NCBI GenBank assembly: GCA_977017645.1
Contig: OZ360237.1
Span: forward strand, 72,912,001-72,976,000
From: Torpedo marmorata
Taxonomy: Eukaryota
DNA length: 64,000 nucleotides
Direction of reading: 5' to 3'
Part shown: one piece after another, positions 50,488 through 61,177 of the stretch
Numbering within the stretch: position 1 is the first letter of the stretch
Layout: the number at the start of each line of letters is the position of its first letter
Notes under the pieces: model-generated
The model's database searches: none
What the model was told of the DNA's origin: nothing
Seen by the model: only the letters and a program-made list of their open reading frames with translations
Made by a program: the position numbers and the translations under genes

Positions 50488-50642
50488 ACTGCAGGTGCTG
50501 AAATCTGTAGCAAAGTCCAATCTGCTGGAGGAACTCAACGGATCAAGCAGTATCAGTGCGGAAAAAGAATGGTCCAAAACATTGGTAGTTCTTTTACTCC
50601 CACTGATGCTGCTCGACCCACTGAGTTCCTCCAGCAGATTGT
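50488..50642. mobile_element. Palindromic PLE-tail-derived short element
   Basis: AATCTGCTGGAGGAACTCA..AGCAGTATCAGTG pairs with CACTGATGCTGCT..TGAGTTCCTCCAGCAGATT. Confidence 0.7.
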
Positions 50643-51296
50643 GACCTGTTTTAAAGTGTAGACCCTACTCTTAAGATTATGGGCTTCAGGAAGAGGCTAG
50701 CTTTGCATACGATGCAATTTGCAAACACTGTAAACCAGTCCAACTGGATTTTGCAGCTTCTAAGTTATTGCCAGTAGTATCTAAAATACATTTAGCCAAT
50801 ATATTCTCTCCCTTAATTCTTCTGTAGGGTTAACTCAGATTTCCATTTTAAGGTCCTTAAAGAGGATATTGAACTTAATTCTTGACAAAGAGTTCTGACC
50901 AGAAATGTTGAATGCCTATGGATGCTGTCTGACCTCATTGTTTGCTGTTGAATTTAATTGTTGAAGTGGGTGCAATTTGACCCAACTCCAAACAGGAATT
51001 TATTTTTATTTTTTTAAAAACTGCAAATGCTGGAAGACTGAGTGAAAACAGAAAATGCTCGAAACTCCAAACAACTCAGGCAGCATCTGAGGAGAGTGGA
51101 ACAGAGTTAATGTTTCAGGTGAAGTACATTCTGATGAGGTATGTTTCTACCTGCACACATTCAGTCCATATTTTATCATCTCACTCTCCCTTCCGTACAC
51201 ACCTACCCCCAACCTCATTTTTAAAATAAAAGATTACAGCAATTTTTCCTCTTGCACTCACTGAAGTGATCCTGCTGCAAGGTCTTTGACCTGAAA

Positions 51297-51600
51297 TTTA
51301 GATTTAGATTTATTTTTGTCACATGTACCAAGTTAGGAGCATTCCATTCAAGGGCTAGCAAAGATTTGTCAAGCTTTGGTGCCACAGTGAAAGGAGAAAA
51401 AGAAAGAAAAGTAAAGAAAGGATGCAATTCTCTTCAGACAGCGTAGCCTCTCATGCGGCTGCATCCCCAGCACTACCTGTTCCCGTAGGGGGGAGGCTAG
51501 TGGACACCGGGCTCGGGCCCCCATGTCCAGCTGTCCTTTTCGACCCCTGCTCTCGATTCCCTGAAGCAGTCGATGCCTGCAGCCTGTGGGAGGCCTGCTG
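51297..51600 (-). mobile_element. Diverged 3' fragment related to the non-autonomous GC-rich family
   Basis: TTTAGA-repeat tail followed by TTTATTTTTGTCACATG. Purine tract then CTCTTCAGA..CCAGCACT, as in 58940-59000. Confidence 0.5.
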
Positions 51601-52759
51601 ATCTGGGGAAAAGGATACTGTGCAGAGGATTGAAATATCCCACCACTGGGCTTCTGTTGATTGCACCTGCCAACACAAGTGCAGAGGTCATGTGTAGTCT
51701 AACTTATGGTTTGCCAATCTAGGGCTTTCCCTGCCTGCTAGCTTCCAAACAGCTTCAGCAGACTCGCTATATGGGGAAAATGCTGATCTTTTGTAGTAAA
51801 GAGAGCAGAAAATGAACCTGGCAGTAATAAAACAACAAATCTCGCCAGGCAACTACAGTTCCTGGTGGTTATTTCAATGGGTTCTTAATTTTTTTCCCCT
51901 CTGTGTCTGGATGCTTAGCTGTCATCATTTGGTGTGGGGCTTTCTATCCACACTGTGAATGTTGTGGTGTTTACAGCTGACACACACTGTGGTTTCAGAT
52001 AAATACAGATGGTGACTGTCTCTGAGGGAGGCTTTACAGATCAGAGGAGATTTATGTAGCCTTGCCGCTAAGACAGCTGCATGTACCTCGCTGTTCCTTT
52101 CATGGAGGATAAGGATGGGCTGAATCAATAGTTGACCCACTCTCACTCCAATGTAATGTCACTGCATTCTGATTTAATTCTCTTCCCCACTCTCTCTCTT
52201 TCTGCAGTCTGTCATTGTTCTTCATATTGTCACTTTATGGTTTGCATTGACTGGGTAACACCTGCTGCCTTGAATAACATAGAGTGCAGGGAAATATGGC
52301 AAAAGAGAGAGAGGATACAATATCTTCTATTTCAGTCCCGACTCCCTCGAAGTGTCTTGGGAGTTTTTTTTAAATATTTTGGGACCATTTAAAGGTGCAA
52401 GCAATTACACCTGCACCAATCAGAAAGTGAGTGACCAGCAGGAGAAAACGATCCTCTCTCTGACCTGTGATCCCACCGGCACTCACTCTGCTGTTCCCCC
52501 AGGTTGATTTCACAGTGTTGGGGCAGTGGCATCATGCCAGTCCCCACTGGCACAGTGACCTTGAGTGGAGCTCTTGTGGCACCAGCCCCATTCTCAGTGA
52601 CTTGAATCTGCCAGAAGACCTGCCATTGCTCGGGTTTTCTTCAAAGGCTCAGGCATTAGGAACGCAGCTTGGTGTCAGCTTGCATTAGCAGACTGAGCCT
52701 TTGACAAACCAAAACCTTTGGCTTTATTCTCTGCCACAGGCAAATAACTATCCTTAATC

Positions 52760-54400
52760 CATGGTCCTAAAACATTTCAAATGGATATTAATATATCAAA
52801 AGTTTTACACAGTAAATCACAATTTAACCCTTTAAATCCTGTTATCATCCTTGCAAATTTGCAAGCCACCTTTTAAAATGCAAAAAATCTTTCGAGATGA
52901 TCATTGCCCAAAATAGAATGCATTCTAAAGATGGTGTCAGATCAATACTATAGCTAAAGTCTTAAGAACAAAAGGAAAGACTTTGTTAGCCTTTTTAAGG
53001 TCCTTTATTTGTAGCTGTACAACTGTTTTGGTGGTGTCCATCTCTTAACACTTAAATGCCTTTCCTCCACTCGGGTTCTGAGTCTGGCTCTGTTTAGAAA
53101 CAATAAACTCTGACTTGTAATTCACAAATCCAAAGTGGGTGACTATTACTTTCCCAAAAATGAACTCCATATGCAATAGTTTACTCGTATACTTTGTATG
53201 TCCCTTTGTAACTTGCTAAAACAGCATATTGTGCCTCTTAACTTAGTGTCATCCCCATACTTGGATATATTATGTTCTATTTCTTTGTTCAAGACATTAC
53301 CATACATGGTAAAAACTCAAAACTCCAGTAGATCCCTGGAGAATACAATGTCACATCCTGGCAGTCAGTGAATATTTCCTGTTCTCTTCCTCTCCCTGTC
53401 TTGCTACTGAACCAATTACCACCCCATAATACATCTAATTCCAAGCTTTCGCTTTGCTCATATTTATTGATAAAATCTTTAAGAGCACAAAGGAACAGAA
53501 GTATATACACTTTAGTTCGCCGGGTGATGTCCATTCACAATATGACATAAACGTGGCCTGATGATCATACTTTCTTTAAATATATTTATAACAGTATATT
53601 TTTTGGTATCCTTGCTCTTCATTTCTTGCATTACTTTCTTTAATTCCCTTTTTAACTTAGAGTGTGCTGGATATTTACTTTTCCCTGCATCATGTAAGCC
53701 TTTTCTTTCAGCGTGACTCTGTTTCTGGTCTTAATTGTTGACTGTGTTTGCTTAATTACATAAGTGGAAACTTACCATTTTAAGGGAATGTACTGGTTTT
53801 GGATTGTACCAGATGTTCCTATGAAGGCCTCACTCATCCACTAACAATGCAACCCAGTTGACTGTGATAAGTTTATTCTTTCAAAGTTTCTCTTATTTAC
53901 ACTTCAAATCCTTTGTGTGTAATTTTCCATAACACAACCAATATCAAATTCAGTTTCATCATGGACATCATTTCCCAGATATTCTCATAGATTGTTAACT
54001 AATTCCTGTTACTCTTCAACCCTGGATTATTAATAATATGAAAAAGGCGAGTCATACAAAATAAAACTCAGACACATCACTGCACACTTCCCTCCAGTCC
54101 AACAACTGTTTGCCCACACACTCTGCTTCCTGACCTTTACCCAATTTCATACCATATAGACACTATACCTTAGATCCCTATTTGCTACTGTATGAAGTTC
54201 ACATGTACAATAATCAAGTGTACAGCCCTCATCCACTCTTTCCATTATTTCATCAATTAGTCAAACAGCATTTGCTTTTAGCAAATCTCTGTTGCTGTTC
54301 ATTTAGCAACCCACATTTTACCAAGAACCAGATAATTTTGCCAATACTGACATTCGCCTTGTTCGTTTGCAGTATGAGATTTAGCAGTTTCTCACTTTTT
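52760..54400 (-). mobile_element. Old decayed CR1-like LINE sequence
   Basis: Remnants such as CCCAAAATAGAATGCATTCTAAAGATGGT and AATTTAGTGTCATC-like segments. No ORF. Confidence 0.4.
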
Positions 54401-54413
54401 TAGATGTAGATTT

Positions 54414-54588
54414 TCAAATTTCAAATTTGAATTTATTGTCAAAGTACATACATGACACCACATACATCCCTGAGATTCTTTTTCCTCTGCGGCCCAGGCA
54501 GAATTTCTATTTATCAGTAACTGTAAACTGTACGCAAGAAAGTTACGTATACAAAAGAGGGAAATGTAAACAAAGAAGAAATGTAACA
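54414..54588 (-). mobile_element. Rex1/Babar family B 3' end
   Basis: TTTATTGTCAAAGTACATACATGAC..CCTGAGATTC, as at 6240 and 61190. Confidence 0.8.
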
Positions 54589-54905
54589 TCTGCAATATTC
54601 CAGTTCTTTGGTTTGTCTAAGTGTAATGGAAATATTGTGGAATTACCATTCTTCCTTCTGTCAGCTACCTATTGAATACCATTTAAACTTGGTGACTTTC
54701 CCACTTTCCCCGCTACCATTGTTCCAACTGTTTCTTCTATATTTTTATCCTTTCTAATTTCTTTTCTTTCATCTCCTTTACTATCATTTTGGCTATCAAA
54801 TGATACTATTTTTTATCTATTACTATCAAATTCTAAGTACCACCTCAAGCATTACTTCTATTTCCACAAGATCTTGATTTTGCTCCAAAATTCAGCTCTT
54901 TCTCC

Positions 54906-56556
54906 ACATCCCCTGACGATCCCATCCTGTCCGTATCTGAGGATGACGTGCGTGCTGCCTTCAGGAGAGTGAATCCGAGGAAAGCATCCGGCCCAGATGG
55001 AATACCTGGCTGCGTATTAAAGATCTGTGCTGACCAACTTACCAAGGTATTCATGGATATCTTCAATATCTCACTCCAGCAGGGCGTGGTACCCATCTGT
55101 TTCAAACAGGCGTCAATCATACCGCTGCCCAAGAAGAGTGCAGTAACCTGCCTTAACGACTATCGACCAGTAACACTTATATCAACAGTGATGAAGTGTT
55201 TTGAAAGGCTGGTTATGAAGCATATCAGCTCCTGTCTGAGCAGTGACATGGATCCATTCCACTTCGTCTACCGTAGAAACAGGTCTACGGCGGATGCCAT
55301 CTCACTGGCTCTACACAAAGCCCTGGAACACCTGGACAGCAATGATGCATACATCAGGATGCTCTTCATCAACTACAGTTCGGCATTTAACACCATCATC
55401 CCCTCAAAACTAATCAGCAAACTCCAAGACCTGGGAGTTAACACCCCACTGTGTAATTGGATCATGGATTTCCTCACCTCCACACCACAATCAGTGAAGA
55501 TTGGTAAGAACTTCTCCTCCACAATCTTCATCAGTACCGGAGCACCACAGGGCTGTGTCCTTAGCCCCCTGCTCTACTCACTTTACACCTACGACTGTGT
55601 AGCTCGGTACGATAATAACTCCATCTACAAATTTGCCGACGATACCTCGGTAGTGGGTTGTATAAAGGAAGGGGATGAGTCAGCATACAGGATGGAGATT
55701 GAAAACTTGGCTGAATGGTGCACTAACAACAACCTTGCACTCAATGTCACCAAAACTAAGGAGCTGATTGTTGACTTCAGGAAAGGAAAGCCAGAGGTAT
55801 AAAAAATCCAGTGATCATTGGGGGATCAGAGGTGGAGAGGGTGAGCAAATTTAGGTTCTTGGGAGTCACTATCTCGGAGGATTTTTCCTGGAGCCAACAC
55901 ATCGATGGCATCGTGAAGAAAGCACGTCAGCGCCTCTACTTCCTCAGGAGTTTGCGGAGGTTTGGTATGACACCAGAAACCCTGGCAAATTTCTACAGAG
56001 GTGTGGTGGAATGTGTGCTGATCGGCTGCATCACGGTCTGGTATGGGAATCCCTGAGCATAAAGCCCTCCAAAAGGTAGTGGATACAGCCCAGGACATCA
56101 CAGGCATAACCCTCCCCATTATTGAGTACATCTACAGGGAACGCTGCCGTCGGAGGGCAGCACCAATCATTAAAGACCCACACCACCCAGCACACTCTCT
56201 GTTCTCGCTGCTGCCATCAGGAAAGAGGTATAGGTGCCACAAGACTCGCACCACCAGGTTCAGGAACAGCTGCTACCCCTCCACCATCAGACTCATCAAC
56301 AACAAACTCAATCAGAGACTCATTTAAGGACTCTTACTTGTTCACTTTATTGATTTTCTTTTGTTCTCTCTGTATTGCACAGTCACTTTGTTTACATTTG
56401 TTGTCTGTTTACAGTTCTTTTATTTGTTTACATGTTTACGCTGTGTACAGTTTATTTTCTGCACTACCAATTAGTGGTAATTCTTCCGCGCCTGCAGGAA
56501 AAGGGAATCTCAGGTGTCATGTATGTACTCTGACAATAAATCTGAAATCTAAATCT
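54906..56556 (+). mobile_element. Rex1/Babar family B, 5'-truncated, RT region
   Basis: ORF 54948-55802 ([22 protein letters not shown]) plus downstream frames. Tail AATAAATCTGAAATCTAAATCT. Confidence 0.95.
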
Positions 56557-58801
56557 CTTCCTCTGATTTTCCTTTTACAATTTGTATGTTTAGAATATTG
56601 TCCCAGATAGTTTTCTCAATGCATTCCAGAAATTCATGGATTTATGACTAGTGTGGTTCTGCTTTCATGCTTATGTGAAAATTAACCTCTTTTTTTTACT
56701 TTTATAACCATTGTATTTCTTTTGTATTTATTCTTCCCACACCTCTAGATTTAAATATGCTCCCACTTTATTAGTGCAAGTGAGCAGTTCCTGCGGGAGT
56801 GCTGCATCCTTTGTTGTTCTTTAACTGTAGTCTTCTTTGTTCATTCATCCTTATTGAATCCTTGTTTTAATTGTTATGATTGTCTTTTATCATTGTTCAT
56901 TCTCCTCAACTTTTCCTGATCAAATTATTTTTTTCTAAATATTTGTGTGCCATTGTGGGGAATAATTCTCAAACAAATTGAAAGGAGTTTTAATCATCAC
57001 CATTACCCTCTCCTTTTTGGTCAGTTGCTTTTCCCCAATTGATAGATTGTCCATTGGTCTTATTCTTTTTTCTGTGAGATTTAAACCCATTTAAAATATG
57101 TAAGAAGATCAGTTGATATTTTAAATACATAAATTTCTGCAATACTCATCAAATCAAGCAGCATCTGTGGAGAGGGAAACAGAGTCAATGATTCAGGTCA
57201 ATGAACTTTCAGAACAGTGCTTGTTCCATGTTGCATCTACATTCCTTTCCTTTAATTTCTAGGTATTTACTTAGCTTCTATTTTCCACTCTGATAACTCC
57301 TGTGGATCCCACATTGAAGGAAGTTCTGTCTAATACAGTGTTTCTGAGGAATCAGTAAACTAGAAGACAGGACCCTGATAGTTATCTCTGGGGCGAAAGG
57401 ACCTGCTAGTTGTGACACTCTTCAGAGATTATTTCAGTGCCATTGGATAAAAAGATCCCAGAATCCAACCGACTCTGCTACGCAGATCACAAGTCGCTTT
57501 GCGCACCCCTTTCCAACTTATGCTGAATGGCATTTTGCTGATTCAGTTCTGCCCCTGCTTACCCAGCCTTAATTGAGTTACAACCCCATTTCAGAGCAGG
57601 AAGTTAAGTACTTCGTGGAGGGAGATTCATCGATAGGCCTTTGAACAAAAAAGTTGTGAGAGTATTGCCGACTGATTGGACTCACCTCCTGCAGATACAG
57701 TTCATTCACTGAATGTACTGGAAGTAAATCAAGCTTGAAGTCAATTCGTCTGGTCAGAGCTGGCGACCAAAGACGTTTTTCTTTTCCCCTCCAGCCCTCC
57801 GTTTGCTCAGCAGACGTTTGTTCCCCAGTTACCTAGCATCTTCACGTGTTGACCCAGGTTCTTGGATCAATGGTTTCCTCACACTCCTTCAACCCTCATC
57901 TGGTGTATATTGCTAAATTGTGTCCTTCTTGAATCACCACAGCTTACACCTTCATCTGTAGTCTCTGTGTTAAATATTGTGTGATCATGCATTTCACTGA
58001 TGTCATTGTATAAATATGTCAGGCTGCGAAATGGGTTGTTTGAAAAGTCGTTGACGAAAGGGTTGGTGGAAGTAATGTCTCCCTTGAAACATAAAGTGTC
58101 GGGGTGAGTTTTTCACTTCCTGCTTTGTTTTTGTTACGTGCATACCACATGCAGTGAGTAATGTGCCCTTTAAAATGACGAGATAGGAGCAAATGCTCCC
58201 AAGGTCATTTGTGTGGGTGTTGACTGAATGATATCATCAGATTCTCCCAGACATTGACTCTCATTCTCTGGGTGTAGCATGGGAACAGGAAGGAAGCTGA
58301 TGTCATCAGGAATTATTGTTTAATAGAAGATCAGTTGTCATAGTACTACCTGATAGAGGGGGCTGAGGAACAAAAGGCCTCTCCAGAATCCACTTGAATT
58401 AGATCTCTGCCTGGAAACTGGACAATCATTTGTGGAGAGTGGGTACCCCAAAAAAACCCACAAAATATTGATTGAAAAGGAAGCTACAAGAACATTAATG
58501 TGGTTTCCATGAAGAGGTGCACTGAATGGCGACCAGTGTGTTTTCCAATGGGAATCGTTGTGACAAAGCTTCTGTCATTTTGCTACTTGGTACTCAGCCC
58601 CTAAGGACGCAATCCCGGTGGCAATCAGCCCCCAAAACCACACAGGCTGCCATGGGTGAGAGGGAGGTTGGAGGGGAGAGCATCTTCTCAAGAATGAAAC
58701 ACTTTGCCTTCTGGCTCATGGAGACAATGCCCCTGGTGTTGTCTGTCATGTTTGTAATCCTTGCAGTATTATGGTGGAGCCACATATAAGATTATTTTCT
58801 T

Positions 58802-59565
58802 CAAGGTTCAAGGTTCCTTTTGTTGTAATGCAATAATATATAAAGATGTAATATACATGATATGCTTCAACTTTTGCCTGCTGTAACACAAACAAAGAGT
58901 CGCTATGAGCATTGCCCAGGCCCCTAACAATAAGTGAAAAAAAAGGAAAAGAGAGTCCCTTCAGAGACACTGTGGGTCCGTGGTTTTGCCTCCAGCGCTC
59001 CAGTAGCCTCTGCAGCCACACAGTCTCCTGTTTCACCGTTTGGCAAGTCAAGCTCCAGATCCAAACCACCGATACAATCAGGAAGCTTTCAGTACCTGAG
59101 GCCCTTCGCGAGCCCTTCTTTCCCTGAGCAACCTCTGGAATCCCATTTCCGATACCTGGTTCCCATGAGACAGTTTCCAGCAGCCCGCAGCCTGTTCGGG
59201 TCCTTCGGCTGCATGTTGCCAACAGCCCGCAGCCTGTGTGGGTTCTTCAACCGATGAGCCCCTCGCTGGTCCGTTGCCATGGTCACTGTCGTCTCCCATG
59301 CTTCTCCTTCTCAATGAGGGGTGTGTTCTCCCTGTTTCTGCCCAGAGTCAGCAACCCCTCATGGTACACTGTCCAGCATGGGCACTGACATCCATGGTTG
59401 CACTACAGTATTTAAAAAAACACTGTCAGTTCCCTTAACAAGCCGTTTAAAGCCTGTATGGAGCCATCGGCATCAGGACAAGGCAGTAGGACCCTATGGA
59501 GCAGCACTCTCCCAGGTCCGCACCACCAACAGGGCTGCTATTACAGCAGCTCTGGAAGCATTGCT
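58802..59565 (-). mobile_element. Non-autonomous GC-rich retroelement (copy B, full length, 764 bp)
   Basis: Perfect 11-bp TSD ATTATTTTCTT (58791-58801 / 59566-59576). (CCTTGAA)n tail. Homologous to copies A and C. Confidence 0.85.
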
Positions 59566-59634
59566 ATTATTTTCTTGCTAGTTACATTATGTAAAAAGAC
59601 CTTTCGGTAACCCCACATCCATCTGGTTTCATGG

Positions 59635-59895
59635 CTTCCATCTCTTCTTTACCTACTCCTGTATTTACTTTTCTCGAACTTTTCTCCCCCTTCACCCCCC
59701 CCCACCCTTACAGTGGTCTGTATCTCCACCTCTCACACATTCTATCCTATACCCTATTACCTCTCGCCCCCTCCCCTAGCTTCTTTTCCCTTTTGTATAA
59801 ATAATACCACAACCCCCTTAACTTTAGTCTCAATAAGGTTTCCAGATCCAAAATGTGACTGACCATTTCTACCCATCGATGATGTCTATGCTGAA
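59635..59895 (+). mobile_element. Old PLE 3'UTR remnant
   Basis: Pyrimidine tract followed by a degenerate hammerhead region (GTCTCAATAAGGTTTCCAGATCCAAAATGT). Confidence 0.45.
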
Positions 59896-59905
59896 CGACT
59901 AAATG

Positions 59906-60990
59906 AACTGCTCACACTAACCATCCGAGACGCTACTATTTATTAAACAATATTTAATTAGTTTAATATATGCACATTTGTCCTGCGTATATATTGCTTG
60001 TCTGTATGTGTGTTATGTCTGGTTGTGTGTTTGCATGTTTTGCACCGAGGACCGGGGCTTCAAGATTCAAGATTCAATTTATTGTTGTCGTAATAAAACA
60101 GTGTCATATTACATGAAATTTCTTTTTGCCTGCTGCAAGGCAGACAGATTCGCCACCGGCAGAAATTGCCTAAGTGCCTCTAACATTCCTTACAGTCAGA
60201 GAAAGAGAAGCATAAGAGAGTCCTTCCAGAGTCACCGAGTGTCCGTAGATTCGCCTCCAGCGCTTCTGCAGCCTCCGCAGCCACACAGAGTCCAGTCCAA
60301 ACCATCGGCATCCCGAGCTTCAGATCCGAACCTCCAACACGGTCAGGTCACCCTCGGCACCTCCTCGCATTCCGGTTCCGAAACCTGGTACTCCTCCAGC
60401 CTGTTCGAGCCAGTCTCCAATAGTCCGCAGCCCGGCGCGAGTCTCCCGACAGGAGTCTCCAGCAGCCCACAGCCTCCACGGGTTCCTCGCCTCGAGTTGC
60501 CAGCAGCCCGCCGCATGCACTGGTCCTTCAGCCTCAGAGCCCCTCACTAGTCCGCCGCCATGGTCACCGTCCCGTGGGTCGTCTCCTCCGCTTCTCCTTC
60601 TCAGACGGGGGGGGTGGGGTGATCTTTCCGTCCTCTGGTGCCCTGCTCCAGTCCACTTCCCCGGAGTCTGCAGCCCCTCGTGGCTGCTGCCGATTAATAG
60701 GCAGTGCCATCTTTGGCGCAGACCCGCGGTCGCGGGATCTCAAATAAAACCACCGTCGGCTCCCTCAACGGGCCGTTCAAAGCCCGTGCGGAGCCGACGG
60801 CAGTCGACTGGGCGGTTGGACCCCGTGGGAGCGCTACATCTCCGCTCCCTAGCCCCCCGCGGCTTCGCACCAGCGGCAGCGCTGCCGCTACAGCGGCTCC
60901 GGCAGTGCCGCCATGCACCATGTAGAAGAGCGCTGTTTCATCAGGTCCTACTTGTGCAATCGGATGATAATAAACTTGAACTTGAACTGA
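59906..60990 (+). mobile_element. LINE 3'UTR fragment (same family as 45985-48058) split by copy C
   Basis: GAACTGCTCACACTAACCATCCGAGAC head. Tail AATAAACTTGAACTTGAAC. Confidence 0.85.
60059..60914 (-). mobile_element. Non-autonomous GC-rich retroelement (copy C, CpG-rich, apparently young)
   Basis: Head ATGGCGGCACTGCCGGAGCCGCTGTAGCGGCAGCG. Tail AATAAATTGAATCTTGAATCTTGAA. Many intact CpGs. Confidence 0.85.
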
Positions 60991-61177
60991 GTTCCCCCAG
61001 CAGCACATTGCTTTCTCAAGATCTGCAGTCTTTGTGTTTCTCTATTTTTCAAAAACATTTTGTTAGTTTTAGCAAAGCTGGCAATGTGTATGAGCAGCTT
61101 CTAGTGGGAATTAGAGCGGCCTTGAGGAGTGGCAGCAGGGTGGCCCTTTAAATAATGCTAAATGAAGGGTGCCAGAT

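Noticed and set aside
54414-56556. Opposed Rex B pieces as a single twin-primed insertion
   Set aside because: Separated by about 310 bp of unrelated sequence, with different tails and no shared TSD, so probably independent.
60200-60914. CpG-island-like region suggesting a host promoter
   Set aside because: Lies wholly inside a repeat copy with homologues at 10706 and 58802.
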